Source of the DNA: Luminiphilus sp.
GTDB taxonomy: Bacteria; Pseudomonadota; Gammaproteobacteria; Pseudomonadales; Halieaceae
Length of the DNA stretch: 64,000 bases
Reading direction: 5' to 3'
NCBI GenBank assembly: GCA_038141785.1
Contig: JAYQIT010000015.1
Location: 102,024-166,023 of the forward strand
This document shows, piece after piece, positions 41,138 through 53,094 of this stretch; position 1 is the stretch's first letter; each line of letters opens with the position of its first letter. The translations under genes were made by a program, and so were the position numbers. The notes beneath the pieces are model-generated. The model ran no database searches. It saw only the letters and a list, made by a program, of their open reading frames with translations, and had not been told where the DNA came from.

Positions 41138-41680
41138 ATGACGCACGGGGCACTACCACATACGGTCGAAGTACGGACGTTGGCCGCGCGCAGTGTGGTC
41201 ATAGAGGGGCCAGTTGAGGGTACCCGAATGCCGAGACTTTCGTCAGCTACTACGGAGACCTTGGAGCCGGCCTCGGTGTCATGCGAGTTTAGTCGGGATG
41301 AAGAAGGGCGTTATGTCGTTGACGTTCGGGTAGCCATGCGTGTTTTGGTTCCCTGTCAGCGCTGTCTCGAGGTCATGACGGTTAATCTCGAGGCGCACAG
41401 CCTGCTTGCTGCCGTTTGGAACGACGAACAGGCGCAGGCGTTACCGGCAAGGTACGACCCCCTCATTACCGAGGGTGAAACAAATTTATGGCAGCTTGTG
41501 GAAGATGAGTTGCTGCTGGCGCTGCCAGCCTACAACTACCACAGTGACAGGCGTTGTGGCGAACACAATGGCAGTGCCTTGGGTGGCGAGACATCGGCCG
41601 TTGACGCGTCTCCTCCCGAGGAAAAAGTTAACCCCTTTAGTGTCCTCGTGGCACTAAAGAACGATGAAAACCAAGGCTGA
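41138..41680 (+). CDS. yceD: YceD/DUF177 protein
   Basis: CQRCL, LVEDELLLALP, NPFSVL; upstream of rpmF. Confidence 0.9.
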   Translation: MTHGALPHTVEVRTLAARSVVIEGPVEGTRMPRLSSATTETLEPASVSCEFSRDEEGRYVVDVRVAMRVLVPCQRCLEVMTVNLEAHSLLAAVWNDEQAQALPARYDPLITEGETNLWQLVEDELLLALPAYNYHSDRRCGEHNGSALGGETSAVDASPPEEKVNPFSVLVALKNDENQG

Positions 41681-41723
41681 GGCGCGCCTTTATTAAAGCG
41701 CAAACAGCAAACAGGAGGCCGTC

Positions 41724-41906
41724 ATGGCTGTACAGCAAAACAAGAAGACGCGATCGCGTCGCGGAATGCGTCGTTCACACGACTCTCTCGAAGGTCAAAC
41801 CCTGACGGTTGACCAAACCTCGGGCGAAACGCGTCGACGTCACCATGTAAGTGCCGACGGTTTCTATCGTGGCAAAAAGGTACTGAACCTGGGTGATGAC
41901 GACTAA
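41724..41906 (+). CDS. rpmF: 50S ribosomal protein L32
   Basis: [20 protein letters not shown]. Confidence 0.98.
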   Translation: MAVQQNKKTRSRRGMRRSHDSLEGQTLTVDQTSGETRRRHHVSADGFYRGKKVLNLGDDD

Positions 41907-42008
41907 GATTGTCGTGTTTTGCCTCCACGCTACTGATCTGACGTTAAAGGTTAACCGGTGTTGGGGGCGCCGTCCCTCATATCCTGGCAGTAAGGATAAG
42001 AGGGCACA

Positions 42009-42950
42009 ATGACCGACACTGCTTTTGTATTTCCCGGCCAGGGCTCCCAGTCTGTTGGTATGCTGAGCGCGGCGTGCGCCATCTGGCCGCAAGTGGCCGA
42101 TACGTTCTCTGAGGCCTCTGATGCGCTTGGTTTTGACCTTTGGCGCATGGCCAGTGAGGGCCCTGCCGAGACGCTCGCACTAACCGCCAACACCCAACCG
42201 CTTATTCTAACGGCCAGCGTGGCGCTGTACCGAGCGTTCTTGGCTGCAGGCGGTTCCAAGCCCACTGTCGCAGCAGGACATAGCTTGGGCGAGTTTTCAG
42301 CGCTCGTTGCAGCGCAAAGCCTGAACTTTAGCGACGCGGTGATGCTGGTCAGGCGCCGTGGTGAGGCAATGCAAGAAGCTGTGCCCGTGGGTGTGGGTGC
42401 CATGGCAGCCATCATTGGTCTTGATGACGAGTCCATTAACGATGTGTGTCAAGCGGTGAGCCGTGACGGCGACCATATTGTAATGGCGGTCAATTACAAC
42501 TCGCCTGGCCAAGTGGTTATTGCTGGCCACGCAGCGGCGGTGGACGATGCAGTTACCGCGCTCAAGCAGGCTGGGGCCAAGCGCGCCATGCCTTTGCCGG
42601 TGAGTGCCCCATTTCATACGCCGTTGATGCACTATGCCGGAGAGGTCCTTGCGGAGGCTTTGAGCTCCATTGAGGTCAGCAATCCAACCATACCCGTAAT
42701 TAGCAACATCGACGCTCAGCCCCAGCGAGACAGTGACGATATTCGTGCTCGATTGGTTAAGCAAGTATCCTCACCCGTGCTTTGGACCGGATGCGTCGCA
42801 TCTATGATAGACATGGGGTGCACTCAATTTGTGGAGTGCGGTCCGGGTAAAGTGCTCTCTGGACTGATCCGACGGATTGACAAATCAAAACCTGCATTTT
42901 GCATTGAAACGCCGGACGACATGCAAGCCACGCTGGCGCAATTGGGATAA
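42009..42950 (+). CDS. fabD: Malonyl-CoA-ACP transacylase
   Basis: FPGQGSQ, GHSLGE, VSAPFH. Confidence 0.97.
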   Translation: MTDTAFVFPGQGSQSVGMLSAACAIWPQVADTFSEASDALGFDLWRMASEGPAETLALTANTQPLILTASVALYRAFLAAGGSKPTVAAGHSLGEFSALVAAQSLNFSDAVMLVRRRGEAMQEAVPVGVGAMAAIIGLDDESINDVCQAVSRDGDHIVMAVNYNSPGQVVIAGHAAAVDDAVTALKQAGAKRAMPLPVSAPFHTPLMHYAGEVLAEALSSIEVSNPTIPVISNIDAQPQRDSDDIRARLVKQVSSPVLWTGCVASMIDMGCTQFVECGPGKVLSGLIRRIDKSKPAFCIETPDDMQATLAQLG

Positions 42951-42953
42951 GTT

Positions 42954-43691
42954 ATGACAACCGAGCAACGTGTAGCGCTAGTCACCGGAGCTAGCCGAGG
43001 TATTGGAAAAGCTATTGCCAGTCAGCTAGCCCATAATGGTATGGCTGTTGTCGGCACAGCGACCTCCGAGCAAGGCGCCGAAAACATTAATGAATGGCTA
43101 GCGCCATTGGGCGGTGCTGGCATTATGCTCAACGTCACTGATTCTGATAGCGTCGCCGCGGCACTCACGTTTACCACATCAAATTTTGGTGCACCCACGG
43201 TGCTGATCAATAACGCCGGTATAACGCGTGACAACATTCTAATGCGCATGAAAGATGAGGAGTGGGCGGACGTCGTTGATACCAACCTGAATGCTATTTT
43301 TCGTCTTAGCAAGGCCTGTATGCGCGGTATGACCAAGGCGCGCTTTGGCCGCATTATCAACATTTCGTCGGTTGTGGGCTCTATGGGCAATGCAGGGCAA
43401 AGTAATTACGCTGCCACAAAGGCGGGTGCTGAAGGATTTACCCGCGCGTTGGCCAAGGAGCTGGGCTCGCGCGCTATTACGGTTAACGCCGTAGCTCCCG
43501 GGTTTATCGATACCGATATGACCGCCGAGTTGTCAGAAGATAACCGCCAACTCATGCTGAATCAGATACCTTTGGCCCGTCTCGGGCAGCCCGAGGAGAT
43601 CGCTGCGACAGTTGCTTTTTTATGCAGTAATGCGGCAGGTTACATAACGGGAGAGACAATCCACGTTAATGGTGGTATGTACATGGGGTGA
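42954..43691 (+). CDS. fabG: 3-oxoacyl-ACP reductase
   Basis: TGASRGIG, NNAGITRD, YAATK, VNGGM. Confidence 0.97.
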   Translation: MTTEQRVALVTGASRGIGKAIASQLAHNGMAVVGTATSEQGAENINEWLAPLGGAGIMLNVTDSDSVAAALTFTTSNFGAPTVLINNAGITRDNILMRMKDEEWADVVDTNLNAIFRLSKACMRGMTKARFGRIINISSVVGSMGNAGQSNYAATKAGAEGFTRALAKELGSRAITVNAVAPGFIDTDMTAELSEDNRQLMLNQIPLARLGQPEEIAATVAFLCSNAAGYITGETIHVNGGMYMG

Positions 43692-43792
43692 TTTTTCTTG
43701 CCCGTCAAGGGTTTCACTTCTTGAAATAGTCGGTAAAATCCAAACATCGATTGGGCTTTTGTCCAAATAACCAACGGAGAGATAGAAAGACA

Positions 43793-44029
<237 letters not shown>

Positions 44030-44049
44030 GGTTAGCGCCGTCAATAGCG

Positions 44050-44081
44050 AAGCCGTTCTACTCGAGTAGAACGGCTTTTTT
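44050..44081 (+). terminator. Rho-independent terminator after acpP
   Basis: AAGCCGTTCTAC-TCGA-GTAGAACGGCTT plus T-run. Confidence 0.85.
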
Positions 44082-44116
44082 ATGTCTTTTTCACTGTTAA
44101 CTGCCAGGGGGATATC

Positions 44117-45355
44117 ATGCAGGGCAAGCGTGTTGTAGTTACAGGGTTGGGAATGGTATCGCCTGTTGGGCTGGATGTTGCGAGTAGCTGGGCGAACATT
44201 TGCAATGGTGTAAGTGGTGCTGCAAATATCGAGGCATTTGACACTGATGCGTTTACGACGCGATTTAGTTGTTCTGTAAAAGATTTCGCTGTCGATGGTT
44301 ATATTGCCCCCAAAGATGCCAAACGCATGGATCCCTTTGTGCAATTTGGCATGGTGGCTGGCATACAAGCATTGCGCGATAGTGGCCTTGAGATCACCGA
44401 AGCCAACAATACCCGAGTCGGTTGTGCCATTGGTTCTGGCATTGGCGGAATTGGCTCCATAGAAAAAAACACGCAAATAGTCGAGACATCCGGCCCGCGT
44501 AAAATGTCACCGTTTTTCGTGCCCGGCGCCATTATCAACATGATTAGCGGCAACCTGTCAGTGATGTACGACTTGCGGGGCCCTAATTTGGCTGTGGTAA
44601 CGGCTTGCACAACCGGCACCCACAATATTGGCTTGGGTGCTCGCCTAATTGCCAGTGGCGATGCGGACGCTATGCTCGTCGGTGGCGCCGAAATGGCAAC
44701 GACGCCGGTTGGTTTGGGCGGATTTGCCGCAGCCCGCGCGCTTTCTACCCGAAATGATAACCCTGTTGCCGCCTCACGCCCCTGGGATGCCGATCGCGAT
44801 GGTTTTGTACTGGGTGATGGTGCTGCTGTACTGGTTTTAGAATCACTCGAGAGCGCTACGGCGCGAGGCGCACGCATTTACGCTGAGTTAAGCGGGTTTG
44901 GTATGAGCGGTGACGCCTACCACATGACCTCGCCGCCAGAGGATGGTCGGGGTGCTGCGGCCTCAATGGCCAATGCCCTGCGTGACGCTGGTCTCAGTCC
45001 CGAGCAGGTTGGGTATATCAACGCACATGGCACATCGACACCCGCGGGTGACATAGCCGAAACCATGGCGGTGAAATCAGTATTTGGGCGGGCGGCGGAT
45101 ACGGTAGCTGTGAGCTCTACCAAGTCCATGATTGGCCATTTATTGGGTGCCGCGGGCGCAGTAGAGGCTATTTTTTCGATACTTGCCATTCGCGACGGTG
45201 TCGCCCCACCAACCATCAATTTGGACAATCCCAGTGAGGGGTGCGACCTTAATTATGTCCCTCACACGGCACAGGAGTTGCCGATACAGCATGCCTTGAG
45301 TAACTCCTTCGGTTTTGGCGGCACCAACGGGTCATTGATTTTTAGCAAGGTGTAG
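44117..45355 (+). CDS. fabF: Beta-ketoacyl-ACP synthase II
   Basis: [33 protein letters not shown]. Confidence 0.97.
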   Translation: MQGKRVVVTGLGMVSPVGLDVASSWANICNGVSGAANIEAFDTDAFTTRFSCSVKDFAVDGYIAPKDAKRMDPFVQFGMVAGIQALRDSGLEITEANNTRVGCAIGSGIGGIGSIEKNTQIVETSGPRKMSPFFVPGAIINMISGNLSVMYDLRGPNLAVVTACTTGTHNIGLGARLIASGDADAMLVGGAEMATTPVGLGGFAAARALSTRNDNPVAASRPWDADRDGFVLGDGAAVLVLESLESATARGARIYAELSGFGMSGDAYHMTSPPEDGRGAAASMANALRDAGLSPEQVGYINAHGTSTPAGDIAETMAVKSVFGRAADTVAVSSTKSMIGHLLGAAGAVEAIFSILAIRDGVAPPTINLDNPSEGCDLNYVPHTAQELPIQHALSNSFGFGGTNGSLIFSKV

Positions 45356-45361
45356 CGGCCT

Positions 45362-46218
45362 ATGAGCGCAGGTGAGTGGCTTTGGGTAGATGGCGAGCCC
45401 GACGCGATGGTGCCCGCCGACGATCGTGGCCTACTGCTTGCCGATGGTCTGTTCGAAACCATCCGCTTAGAGGGGCGCGAGCCATGTCTTTTTGACTACC
45501 ACTGCACACGCATGGCAGCTGGGCTTGCCGCTCTGCAATTCCCTAGCCCCACAAGTTCTGCTACTGATGCACTGACTGCGGCGGTTAACTGGGCCTGTGC
45601 ACACCCTGGGCATGACGGTAATGCCACCTTACGCCTCACGCTCTCCCGTGGATCTGGGCCGCGTGGTTACGTGCCGCCGGCGTGCCCTGCACCGCGAGCT
45701 ATTGCCCGGTTGACGGCAGGTTTACCCACCAATACTCAGCCGGCAAGGCTCACAACAGTAAGTGTTGCCTGGTCTGAGCAAGCCCAATTGGCGGGCCTCA
45801 AGCTCTTGGCGAGAACCGAGCAGGTGCTCGCAAGCCTGGAAGCGAAGCAGCATGGTTATGATGACGCGCTCATGCGTGATTCGGGCGGTGTATTGGTCTC
45901 TGGCGCAAGTGGAAATCTCTTCATCCGCCGGGAAAATACCCTGTATACCCCAGTGCTAAGCCGTTGCGGGATCGCCGGTACGAGGCGTGCGCACATTGTA
46001 TCTTCCCTGGGCGAGCACTGCGGTTATCGGGTAGAGGAGGCTGTTTGCCAGCTCGCCATGCTCGAGTCGGCCGATGAGGTCTTTGTTTGTAACGCGGTGG
46101 TTGGCGTACGCCCCGTGCAGTCGGTGTGTCACGGTGACCAGACATGGGCTTTCCTGACCAATCTGCCTATCGGCGCTTGTCACCCCTCATACATCAATCC
46201 CCGGCCGGTTTCGCGTGA
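45362..46218 (+). CDS. pabC: Aminodeoxychorismate lyase (3' frameshift ~46150)
   Basis: DRGLLLADGLFET, LAGLK, GIAGTRR; fabF-pabC-mltG synteny. Confidence 0.85.
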
Positions 46219-47276
46219 TGGGCAAGGCAAAACGACCGATTCAGCGTTGGCTGGCGATCCTCTTCGTAGGCGTGTCGGTAACGCTGTGTGTGGGCATTGG
46301 CTTTGCTTGGCTCGAGCGGGTCCTGGACACGCCGCTAACGGATCAAGAGGCCTTCGACACTGTTCAGATACCGCGCGGCGCGAGTCTTCAGTCTGTAGTA
46401 AGCAGCCTTGCTAACACCTACCAACTCGAACACCCACGCGTGATAGTGGCATGGGCCAGGTGGCAACAGCTTGATCGATCACTCAAGGCCGGCGAGTACC
46501 GTGTTACGTCTAACACGTCGGTACGCCAATTCATGGAGATGCTTACCCGAGGCGAGGTGGTTACTTATCAAGTGACCATTCCCGAAGGGGTTACTGCTAA
46601 ACAGGCGTTAGCCATCATTCAGGCGCAAGAGCCATTGTCGATTACCCTAGAGGGAGCGTCAGATCCGCGGCTGCTGGCCTTGGTTGCGCCGAGTGCCTCT
46701 GTCGAAGGTTGGCTCTTGCCCGAAACCTATCAGTACGTACGCGGCGATACGGATCTCGCCATTGTGCAGCGAGCTCATCATATGATGCAGCAAACATTGC
46801 AGCGTTTATGGACAAGTCGCCAAGCGGACTTACCCGTTCATTCCATGTACGAAGCGTTAATTTTGGCCTCGATTGTGGAGCGAGAAACCTCGGTTGAGAG
46901 TGAGCGACCTGCCATAGCAGGCGTGTTTACCCGGCGGCTCAAAGGCAACATGCGCTTACAGACCGACCCCACTGTTATTTATGGCTTGGGCGAGGCCTAT
47001 GAGGGCAATCTCACCCGACGTCATCTGCGCGATGGCTCAAATTTATGGAATACTTACCAACGCAAAGGACTGCCGCCAACACCGATTGCGCTACCCGGGA
47101 TAGATGCTATTCGAGCAGCCATGCAGCCAGCCGAGGGCGACGCCTTGTATTTTGTGGCAAAAGGGGACGGTACGCATGTGTTTTCGGCTTCACTCGAGGA
47201 ACACAATGCGAACGTGCGTCGCTACCAGCTTGAGCGCAAGGCTAATTACCGCTCGACACCGGCCCGCGATTCTTAG
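46215..47276 (+). CDS. mltG: Endolytic transglycosylase MltG
   Basis: LILASIVERET, LQTDPTVIYG, GLPPTPI, LYFVA. Confidence 0.95.
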   Translation: MMGKAKRPIQRWLAILFVGVSVTLCVGIGFAWLERVLDTPLTDQEAFDTVQIPRGASLQSVVSSLANTYQLEHPRVIVAWARWQQLDRSLKAGEYRVTSNTSVRQFMEMLTRGEVVTYQVTIPEGVTAKQALAIIQAQEPLSITLEGASDPRLLALVAPSASVEGWLLPETYQYVRGDTDLAIVQRAHHMMQQTLQRLWTSRQADLPVHSMYEALILASIVERETSVESERPAIAGVFTRRLKGNMRLQTDPTVIYGLGEAYEGNLTRRHLRDGSNLWNTYQRKGLPPTPIALPGIDAIRAAMQPAEGDALYFVAKGDGTHVFSASLEEHNANVRRYQLERKANYRSTPARDS

Positions 47277-47306
47277 AAGGTAAGCCATGACAATCAAACA
47301 CAAGGC

Positions 47307-47957
47307 ATGAGAGTGGTAGGAACGGGGCGCGGTAAATTTATCACCTTGGAGGGTGGCGAGGGTGTTGGGAAGTCAACCAACCTAGCGACGGTTGAAGCGC
47401 TGTTGCGCAACCGCGGTATCGACTTATGTGTAACCCGTGAACCGGGCGGGACGGTGTTGGGCGAGGCAATTCGCGACTTACTGCTGAGTAATGGCAGTTG
47501 TGCTCCGCTACCTAAAGCTGAGCTACTACTGGTTTTTGCCGCCCGCGCGCAGCATATTGAAGCGGTTATTAAACCCGCGCTACAGGCCGGCCAGTGGGTG
47601 TTGTGCGATCGATTTACCGATGCCACCTATGCTTATCAGGGTTATGCGCGCGGTTTACCTCTCGATATGATTGCAGCCTTGGAAAAACTGGTCCAAGGCG
47701 ACTTAGAGCCCGATATGACAGTGTTGCTGGATCTACCACCTGCAGTGGGACTGGCGCGTGCGTCCCAGCGAGCACAACTCGATCGTTTTGAGCAGGAGAG
47801 TCAGGCATTTTTTGAGCGCGTAAGACAGGGTTATTTGGAGCGCGCACAACGTGACCCCAAGCGTTGGTTGCTGATCGATGCGGCTCAACCTCTGCAGCAG
47901 GTACAAGCAGCGTTGTCGGCTGCGCTCGATAAATGGTTAGCGTGTCATGTCAACTGA
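47307..47957 (+). CDS. tmk: Thymidylate kinase
   Basis: LEGGEGVGKST, TREPGGT, CDRFTDATYAYQG. Confidence 0.97.
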   Translation: MRVVGTGRGKFITLEGGEGVGKSTNLATVEALLRNRGIDLCVTREPGGTVLGEAIRDLLLSNGSCAPLPKAELLLVFAARAQHIEAVIKPALQAGQWVLCDRFTDATYAYQGYARGLPLDMIAALEKLVQGDLEPDMTVLLDLPPAVGLARASQRAQLDRFEQESQAFFERVRQGYLERAQRDPKRWLLIDAAQPLQQVQAALSAALDKWLACHVN

Positions 47958-48960
47958 AGCCCAAGGCTTGTTCTCGTCATCCGTGCTCCCGTGGCAGCGC
48001 GCGAGTTTTGCGCATTGCTTGGCCATGCACAGCGCAAACCGACTGCCCCATGCACTTATGTTGGCGGGCCCCAACGGTTGCGGCAAGCAGGTGTTCGCCG
48101 CCACGTTAGCAAGCGTTCTCCTGTGTAAAAATGGCACCGACAATGAGCTCGAAGCTATGCCGTGTGGGTCATGCGACGGTTGTAGCTTGCTTCAGGCGGG
48201 TAGTCATGGAGACATCTGCTGGCTTGCGCCAGAAGAGGGCAAACGCGCTATTGGGGTAGAGCCGGTAAGAGACGCCATCCGTTTTGTGCAGCAAACAGCC
48301 GGTTACGGCGCATACAAGGTACTGGTGATTTCACCTGCCGAGGCCATGACGACTGCCGCCGCTAATGCGCTGTTAAAAACCTTGGAGGAGCCCGCAGGCA
48401 ACAGTTTTATTTGTCTCGTTTGCCACCGTCCGAACGATTTACCCGCGACGGTTCGATCGCGCTGTCAGACCATAGCTTTTCCGGCGCCCGGGTCTGAAGA
48501 AGGTCTGAGCTGGCTACAGCAAGCAATGCCTGACTCCGATGGGGCCAGCCTAGCCCTCGAGTTGGCTGACGGCCGGCCCATTGAGGCGCTTCGTTTAGCT
48601 ACTACAGGCGCGCTCGACGAACTCGCGAGTATTCGCCAAACGTTATCGGGGTTGGTGCATCAAACACACACGGCAACCACGGCTGCTCAATTACTCGGCA
48701 GCGCCGATCTCGATACTATTTTGGCAGTTGCCGCCGCGGTTCTTGAAACCACCCTCAAAGACCCGTTATCGCTTGATAACCCGGGTCGTTATCGGCAATT
48801 GTTTTGCTTGCGTGATGACATTTGCCAGTGGGCGAGCAGTGCACGACGAGGGGTAAATCTTGCCCGGGACGGTCTGGTAGCCCATCTGTGCAACCGACTG
48901 TTCACCAGCGGTAGATCCTCAAGCGTAACTTTATGGCAAACTATCGGTTGGGACCTTGAT
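47947..48960 (+). CDS. holB: DNA polymerase III delta-prime subunit (stop not resolved; reads into pilZ)
   Basis: PHALML.G, zinc module C..C..C, AANALLKTLEEP, TVRSRCQ. Confidence 0.9.
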
Positions 48961-48972
48961 AAAAAGGGAAGC

Positions 48973-49322
48973 ATGGCAATGAGTGAGGGCACTCGGCAAG
49001 GGATCTTGTCGGTCACTATTCAGGACAAAGCGTTGTTGTACTCATCGTATATGCCGTTTTTGGAAAACGGCGGACTGTTTGTTGTGACAGACAGGCACTA
49101 CCGCATCGGCGATGAGGTATTTATGCTGCTCTCGCTGATGGACGAATCTGAAAAATTCCCATTGCCGGCCGCGTAGTGTGGATTACACCGCCTGGCGCGC
49201 AGGGCAACCGCAAGGCCGGCATTGGCGTTCAGTTTTCCGAACAAGATGCCGCTGCCAACGCCAAAATTGAGAATCATTTGGGTGGTGCGCTTAATTCAGA
49301 GCGTCAAACCCATACAATGTGA
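48973..49322 (+). CDS. pilZ: Type IV pilus PilZ protein (frameshift ~49165)
   Basis: GILSVTIQDK..LYSSYMPFLENGGLF; the other frame gives GRVVWITPPGAQGNRKAGIGVQF...THTM*. Confidence 0.9.
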
Positions 49323-49425
49323 AACGTTGCGATGATCCGTTAATATCGCGTTGAAACTGGCCGCTCGCTGTGAGAATATCCGCGGCCTCAGTTTGGGCGA
49401 TGGCACGAAGCCCCGACGACACAAA

Positions 49426-49510
<85 letters not shown>

Positions 49511-49591
49511 GTATTTACGATGGCCGCGCTATCCTCGGCGCGGCGTCATGCGCCGGTTTCGGCGATCAGAATTAATTTTCAGGAGTGAACC

Positions 49592-50919
49592 ATGCGGGTT
49601 TCAATCGAGACGACTTCGGGTTTGGAGCGGCGTCTTACAGTAGGCGTTCCAGCCGATCGCGTTGATAGTGCGGTTGATCAGCGTTTGCGCTATGCATCGC
49701 GCAATGTGCGTATACCTGGTTTTCGCCCGGGCAAGGTGCCGATGCGCGTCATGCAGCAGCGTTTTGGCGCGGGCGTCCGTCAGGAGGTTCTAGGCGAGGT
49801 GATTAGTCAGACCTTCCAGGAAGCGGTGCTATCGGAAAACCTGAGGCCTGCGGGACAGCCAAAAATTGAACCCAAAAGCTTTGATGCCGGCAGGGATGTG
49901 GAATACACCGCTACCTTTGAAATTTTCCCTGCTGTCACCGTCAACGAAGTAACAGGATTTGACGTTAAAAAGCCGGTTGCCGATGTCACTGATGCCGATG
50001 TTGACACAACATCATCGAAGTGTTTCGCAAGCAGCAGGGCTCCCTTGAGCCAGTTGAGCGAGCGGCCGATGAGGGCGATACCGTGGTTATCGACTTCCAA
50101 GGAACCCGCGACGGCGAGGCCTTTGAGGGCGGTAGTGGAGAGGGCATGTCCTTGGAGCTTGGGTCAGGTCGCATGATCCCCGGTTTTGAAGATGGCATTG
50201 TTGGCATGGCCGCGGGTGACGAGAAAACCCTAGATCTGACATTCCCAGAGGATTACCAGAAGGAAGACTTACAGGGCGCCGCCGTTCAGTTCAAAGTGAC
50301 AGTCAGCGAGGTCAAAGCCCTGGAATTGGCTGCGCTCGACGATGCATTGTTTGCCAACTATGGGGTTCAAGAAGGCGGTGAACCGGTGTTCCGTGAAGAG
50401 GTTAAAAAGAACATGGAACGCGAACTGCGCAACGCGGTCACAAACCATGTTAAGCAGCAAGTCATGGATGCCATTGTCGAGGCCCACAGCGATCTAGAAA
50501 TACCCGCGAGCCTCATTGCGCAGGAGATCGATGGCATGCGTGGCCAAATGTTCCAGCAATTTGGTGGCATGCCCAATCAAGACCTTGATTTGAAGGGACT
50601 GCTACCCGACGAGATGTTTAAGGACCAAGCAGAACGCCGTGTAAAACTGGGCTTGGTTTTGGGCGAAATGATTGGCAAGTTCGATCTGCAGGCAGATCCC
50701 GCTAAAGTGCGGGAAACGATTGAGGACATTGCGTCTACGTATCAAGAGCCCGAAGAGGTCGTAAACTATTATTATTCGGAAAACGAGCAGCTCGCCCAAG
50801 TTGAGTCGCGCGTATTGGAAGACCAGGTTGTTGACAAGGTGCTTGAGGGCGCTAATGTCATCGAAGAAGCTTGCAGTTATCAAGATGCACTGACAGCCGC
50901 CCGTCCTCAACAGGGTTAA
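49592..50919 (+). CDS. tig: Trigger factor (frameshift ~50005)
   Basis: [26 protein letters not shown]. Confidence 0.95.
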
Positions 50920-50944
50920 CCCCTCGATTACAAGAGAAGCCACG

Positions 50945-51580
50945 ATGAGTTACGATAGAGCACCTATGGACGTGAACAACCTCGGCCTGATTCCCATGGT
51001 AATCGAGCAGACCTCTCGTGGAGAGCGGTCATTCGATATCTACTCGCGGCTGCTCAAAGAGCGTGTGGTGTTCATGGTAGGGCCGGTAGAGGACCACATG
51101 GCCAATCTTATTGTGGCGCAATTGTTGTTTCTGGAATCGGAAAATCCCGACAAGGACATCCACCTGTACATCAATTCGCCGGGTGGCTCGGTAACGGCAG
51201 GGTTGTCAATTTACGACACGATGAAATTTATCAAGCCTGATGTCAGCACCATGTGTATCGGTCAGGCCGCTTCCATGGGAGCCTTCTTGCTGGGCGGTGG
51301 TACTAAAGGCAAGCGGTATATTTTGCCCAACGCTCGCACCATGATTCATCAGCCCTCGGGTGGCGCACAGGGTCAAGCGACCGATATTGATATTCAAGCG
51401 CGCGAGATTTTGATCATCCGCGAGCGTTTGAACCGTTTGATGGCAGAACATACCGGACAAGCTCTGGAAGTTATTGAGCGAGATACCGAGCGAGATCGCT
51501 TTATGGATGCCGAACAAAGCCTAGCATATGGCTTGGTCGACGAGGTTGTGCGTTCACGTCAATCAGCGCCAGAGGCCTGA
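50945..51580 (+). CDS. clpP: ATP-dependent Clp protease proteolytic subunit
   Basis: [30 protein letters not shown]. Confidence 0.98.
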   Translation: MSYDRAPMDVNNLGLIPMVIEQTSRGERSFDIYSRLLKERVVFMVGPVEDHMANLIVAQLLFLESENPDKDIHLYINSPGGSVTAGLSIYDTMKFIKPDVSTMCIGQAASMGAFLLGGGTKGKRYILPNARTMIHQPSGGAQGQATDIDIQAREILIIRERLNRLMAEHTGQALEVIERDTERDRFMDAEQSLAYGLVDEVVRSRQSAPEA

Positions 51581-51670
51581 TATTTAGCCCGCATCGCTTG
51601 CAAACAGGCGCGAAACATATCAAGGTTTAGGGAGAGGGTCTAAAAACTCCCCAGAGGCACCGTTTTTACT

Positions 51671-52954
51671 ATGGCCAATGACAGCACCACGGGTGACAAC
51701 GAAAAACTGCTCTACTGCTCATTTTGCGGTAAGAGTCAGAACGAGGTCCGCAAACTTATTGCCGGTCCCTCGGTCTTCATTTGTGATGAATGTGTCGATT
51801 TATGTAATGACATTATTCGCGAAGAGGTCCAAGAGGCCGCCGTTGAAAGCGCCGGTGAGCGGTTACCCATTCCCCACGAAATCAAAGCCATACTCGACGA
51901 GTATGTGATTGGTCAGCAGCGCGCCAAACGTGTGCTGGCTGTGGCGGTTTACAACCACTACAAGCGCCTGCGTTATGCCCCGGATAGCAAAGGGGATGAT
52001 GTTGAGCTGAGTAAATCGAATATACTTTTGGTTGGCCCAACAGGGTCGGGCAAAACACTACTCGCCGAGACGCTAGCGCGTCTTTTGGACGTCCCCTTCA
52101 CGGTTGCCGACGCAACAACGCTCACGGAGGCGGGTTACGTGGGCGAAGACGTTGAAAATATTATTCAGAAGCTCTTGCAAAAATGCGATTACGATGTCGA
52201 ACGCGCCCAAATGGGTATCGTATACATCGACGAGATTGACAAAATATCGCGCAAGTCTGACAACCCCTCTATTACCCGCGATGTATCGGGGGAGGGCGTG
52301 CAGCAGGCACTGCTCAAGCTTATTGAAGGCACGGTAGCATCCGTACCTCCTCAGGGTGGTCGAAAGCATCCTCAGCAAGAGTTCTTGCAGGTAGACACAA
52401 GCAATATCTTGTTCATTTGTGGCGGTGCCTTTTCGGGGCTCGACAAGATCATTCGTAATCGCTCTGAGAAGGGCGGTATTGGCTTTACCGCTGAAGTTAA
52501 GAGCAAGGACGAGACGCGCCGTTTCGGTGAGACTCTCGCCGATTTGGAGCCCGAAGATTTGGTGCAGTACGGCTTAATACCCGAGTTCGTGGGCCGGTTA
52601 CCGGTTATTGCCACTCTCGACGAGCTGGATATTGACGCCCTGGTGCAAATTCTTACCGAACCGCGCAACGCCCTGACCAAGCAGTATGCCAAGATGTTTG
52701 AGATGGAAGACGTCGACATTGATTTTCGGGAGGACGGCTTGCGTGCCGTTGCTGAGAAAGCAATGGAGCGCAAAACGGGGGCGCGGGGTTTGCGGTCTAT
52801 CCTCGAAGGTGTCTTGCTTGACAGCATGTATAACATCCCATCAGAAAAGAACGTGGCCAAGCTGGTTATTGACGAGAGTGTTATAAACGGCGAATCCGAG
52901 CCGTTGATGGTGTATGAGAATCAAGAGTCGATTGCGGCAGGCGCCGACGAGTAA
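51671..52954 (+). CDS. clpX: ClpX ATPase
   Basis: CSFCGK zinc finger, [20 protein letters not shown]. Confidence 0.98.
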   Translation: MANDSTTGDNEKLLYCSFCGKSQNEVRKLIAGPSVFICDECVDLCNDIIREEVQEAAVESAGERLPIPHEIKAILDEYVIGQQRAKRVLAVAVYNHYKRLRYAPDSKGDDVELSKSNILLVGPTGSGKTLLAETLARLLDVPFTVADATTLTEAGYVGEDVENIIQKLLQKCDYDVERAQMGIVYIDEIDKISRKSDNPSITRDVSGEGVQQALLKLIEGTVASVPPQGGRKHPQQEFLQVDTSNILFICGGAFSGLDKIIRNRSEKGGIGFTAEVKSKDETRRFGETLADLEPEDLVQYGLIPEFVGRLPVIATLDELDIDALVQILTEPRNALTKQYAKMFEMEDVDIDFREDGLRAVAEKAMERKTGARGLRSILEGVLLDSMYNIPSEKNVAKLVIDESVINGESEPLMVYENQESIAAGADE

Positions 52955-53039
52955 CCCTTCTTATATGGCGGGCATTGCGCCCGCTTGCTACATTTTTCTA
53001 CCGTAGTTCACGCTTTTATCAATTTTAGTCATCCCGTGG

Positions 53040-53067
53040 TTGCATAATCCGCGTATCATCCCCATAT
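53040..53067 (+). promoter_or_regulatory. Sigma32-like promoter of lon
   Basis: TTGCAT-N14-CCCCATAT. Confidence 0.7.
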
Positions 53068-53094
53068 CCTAAGGGACTGCTATCGGAGAGAAAT

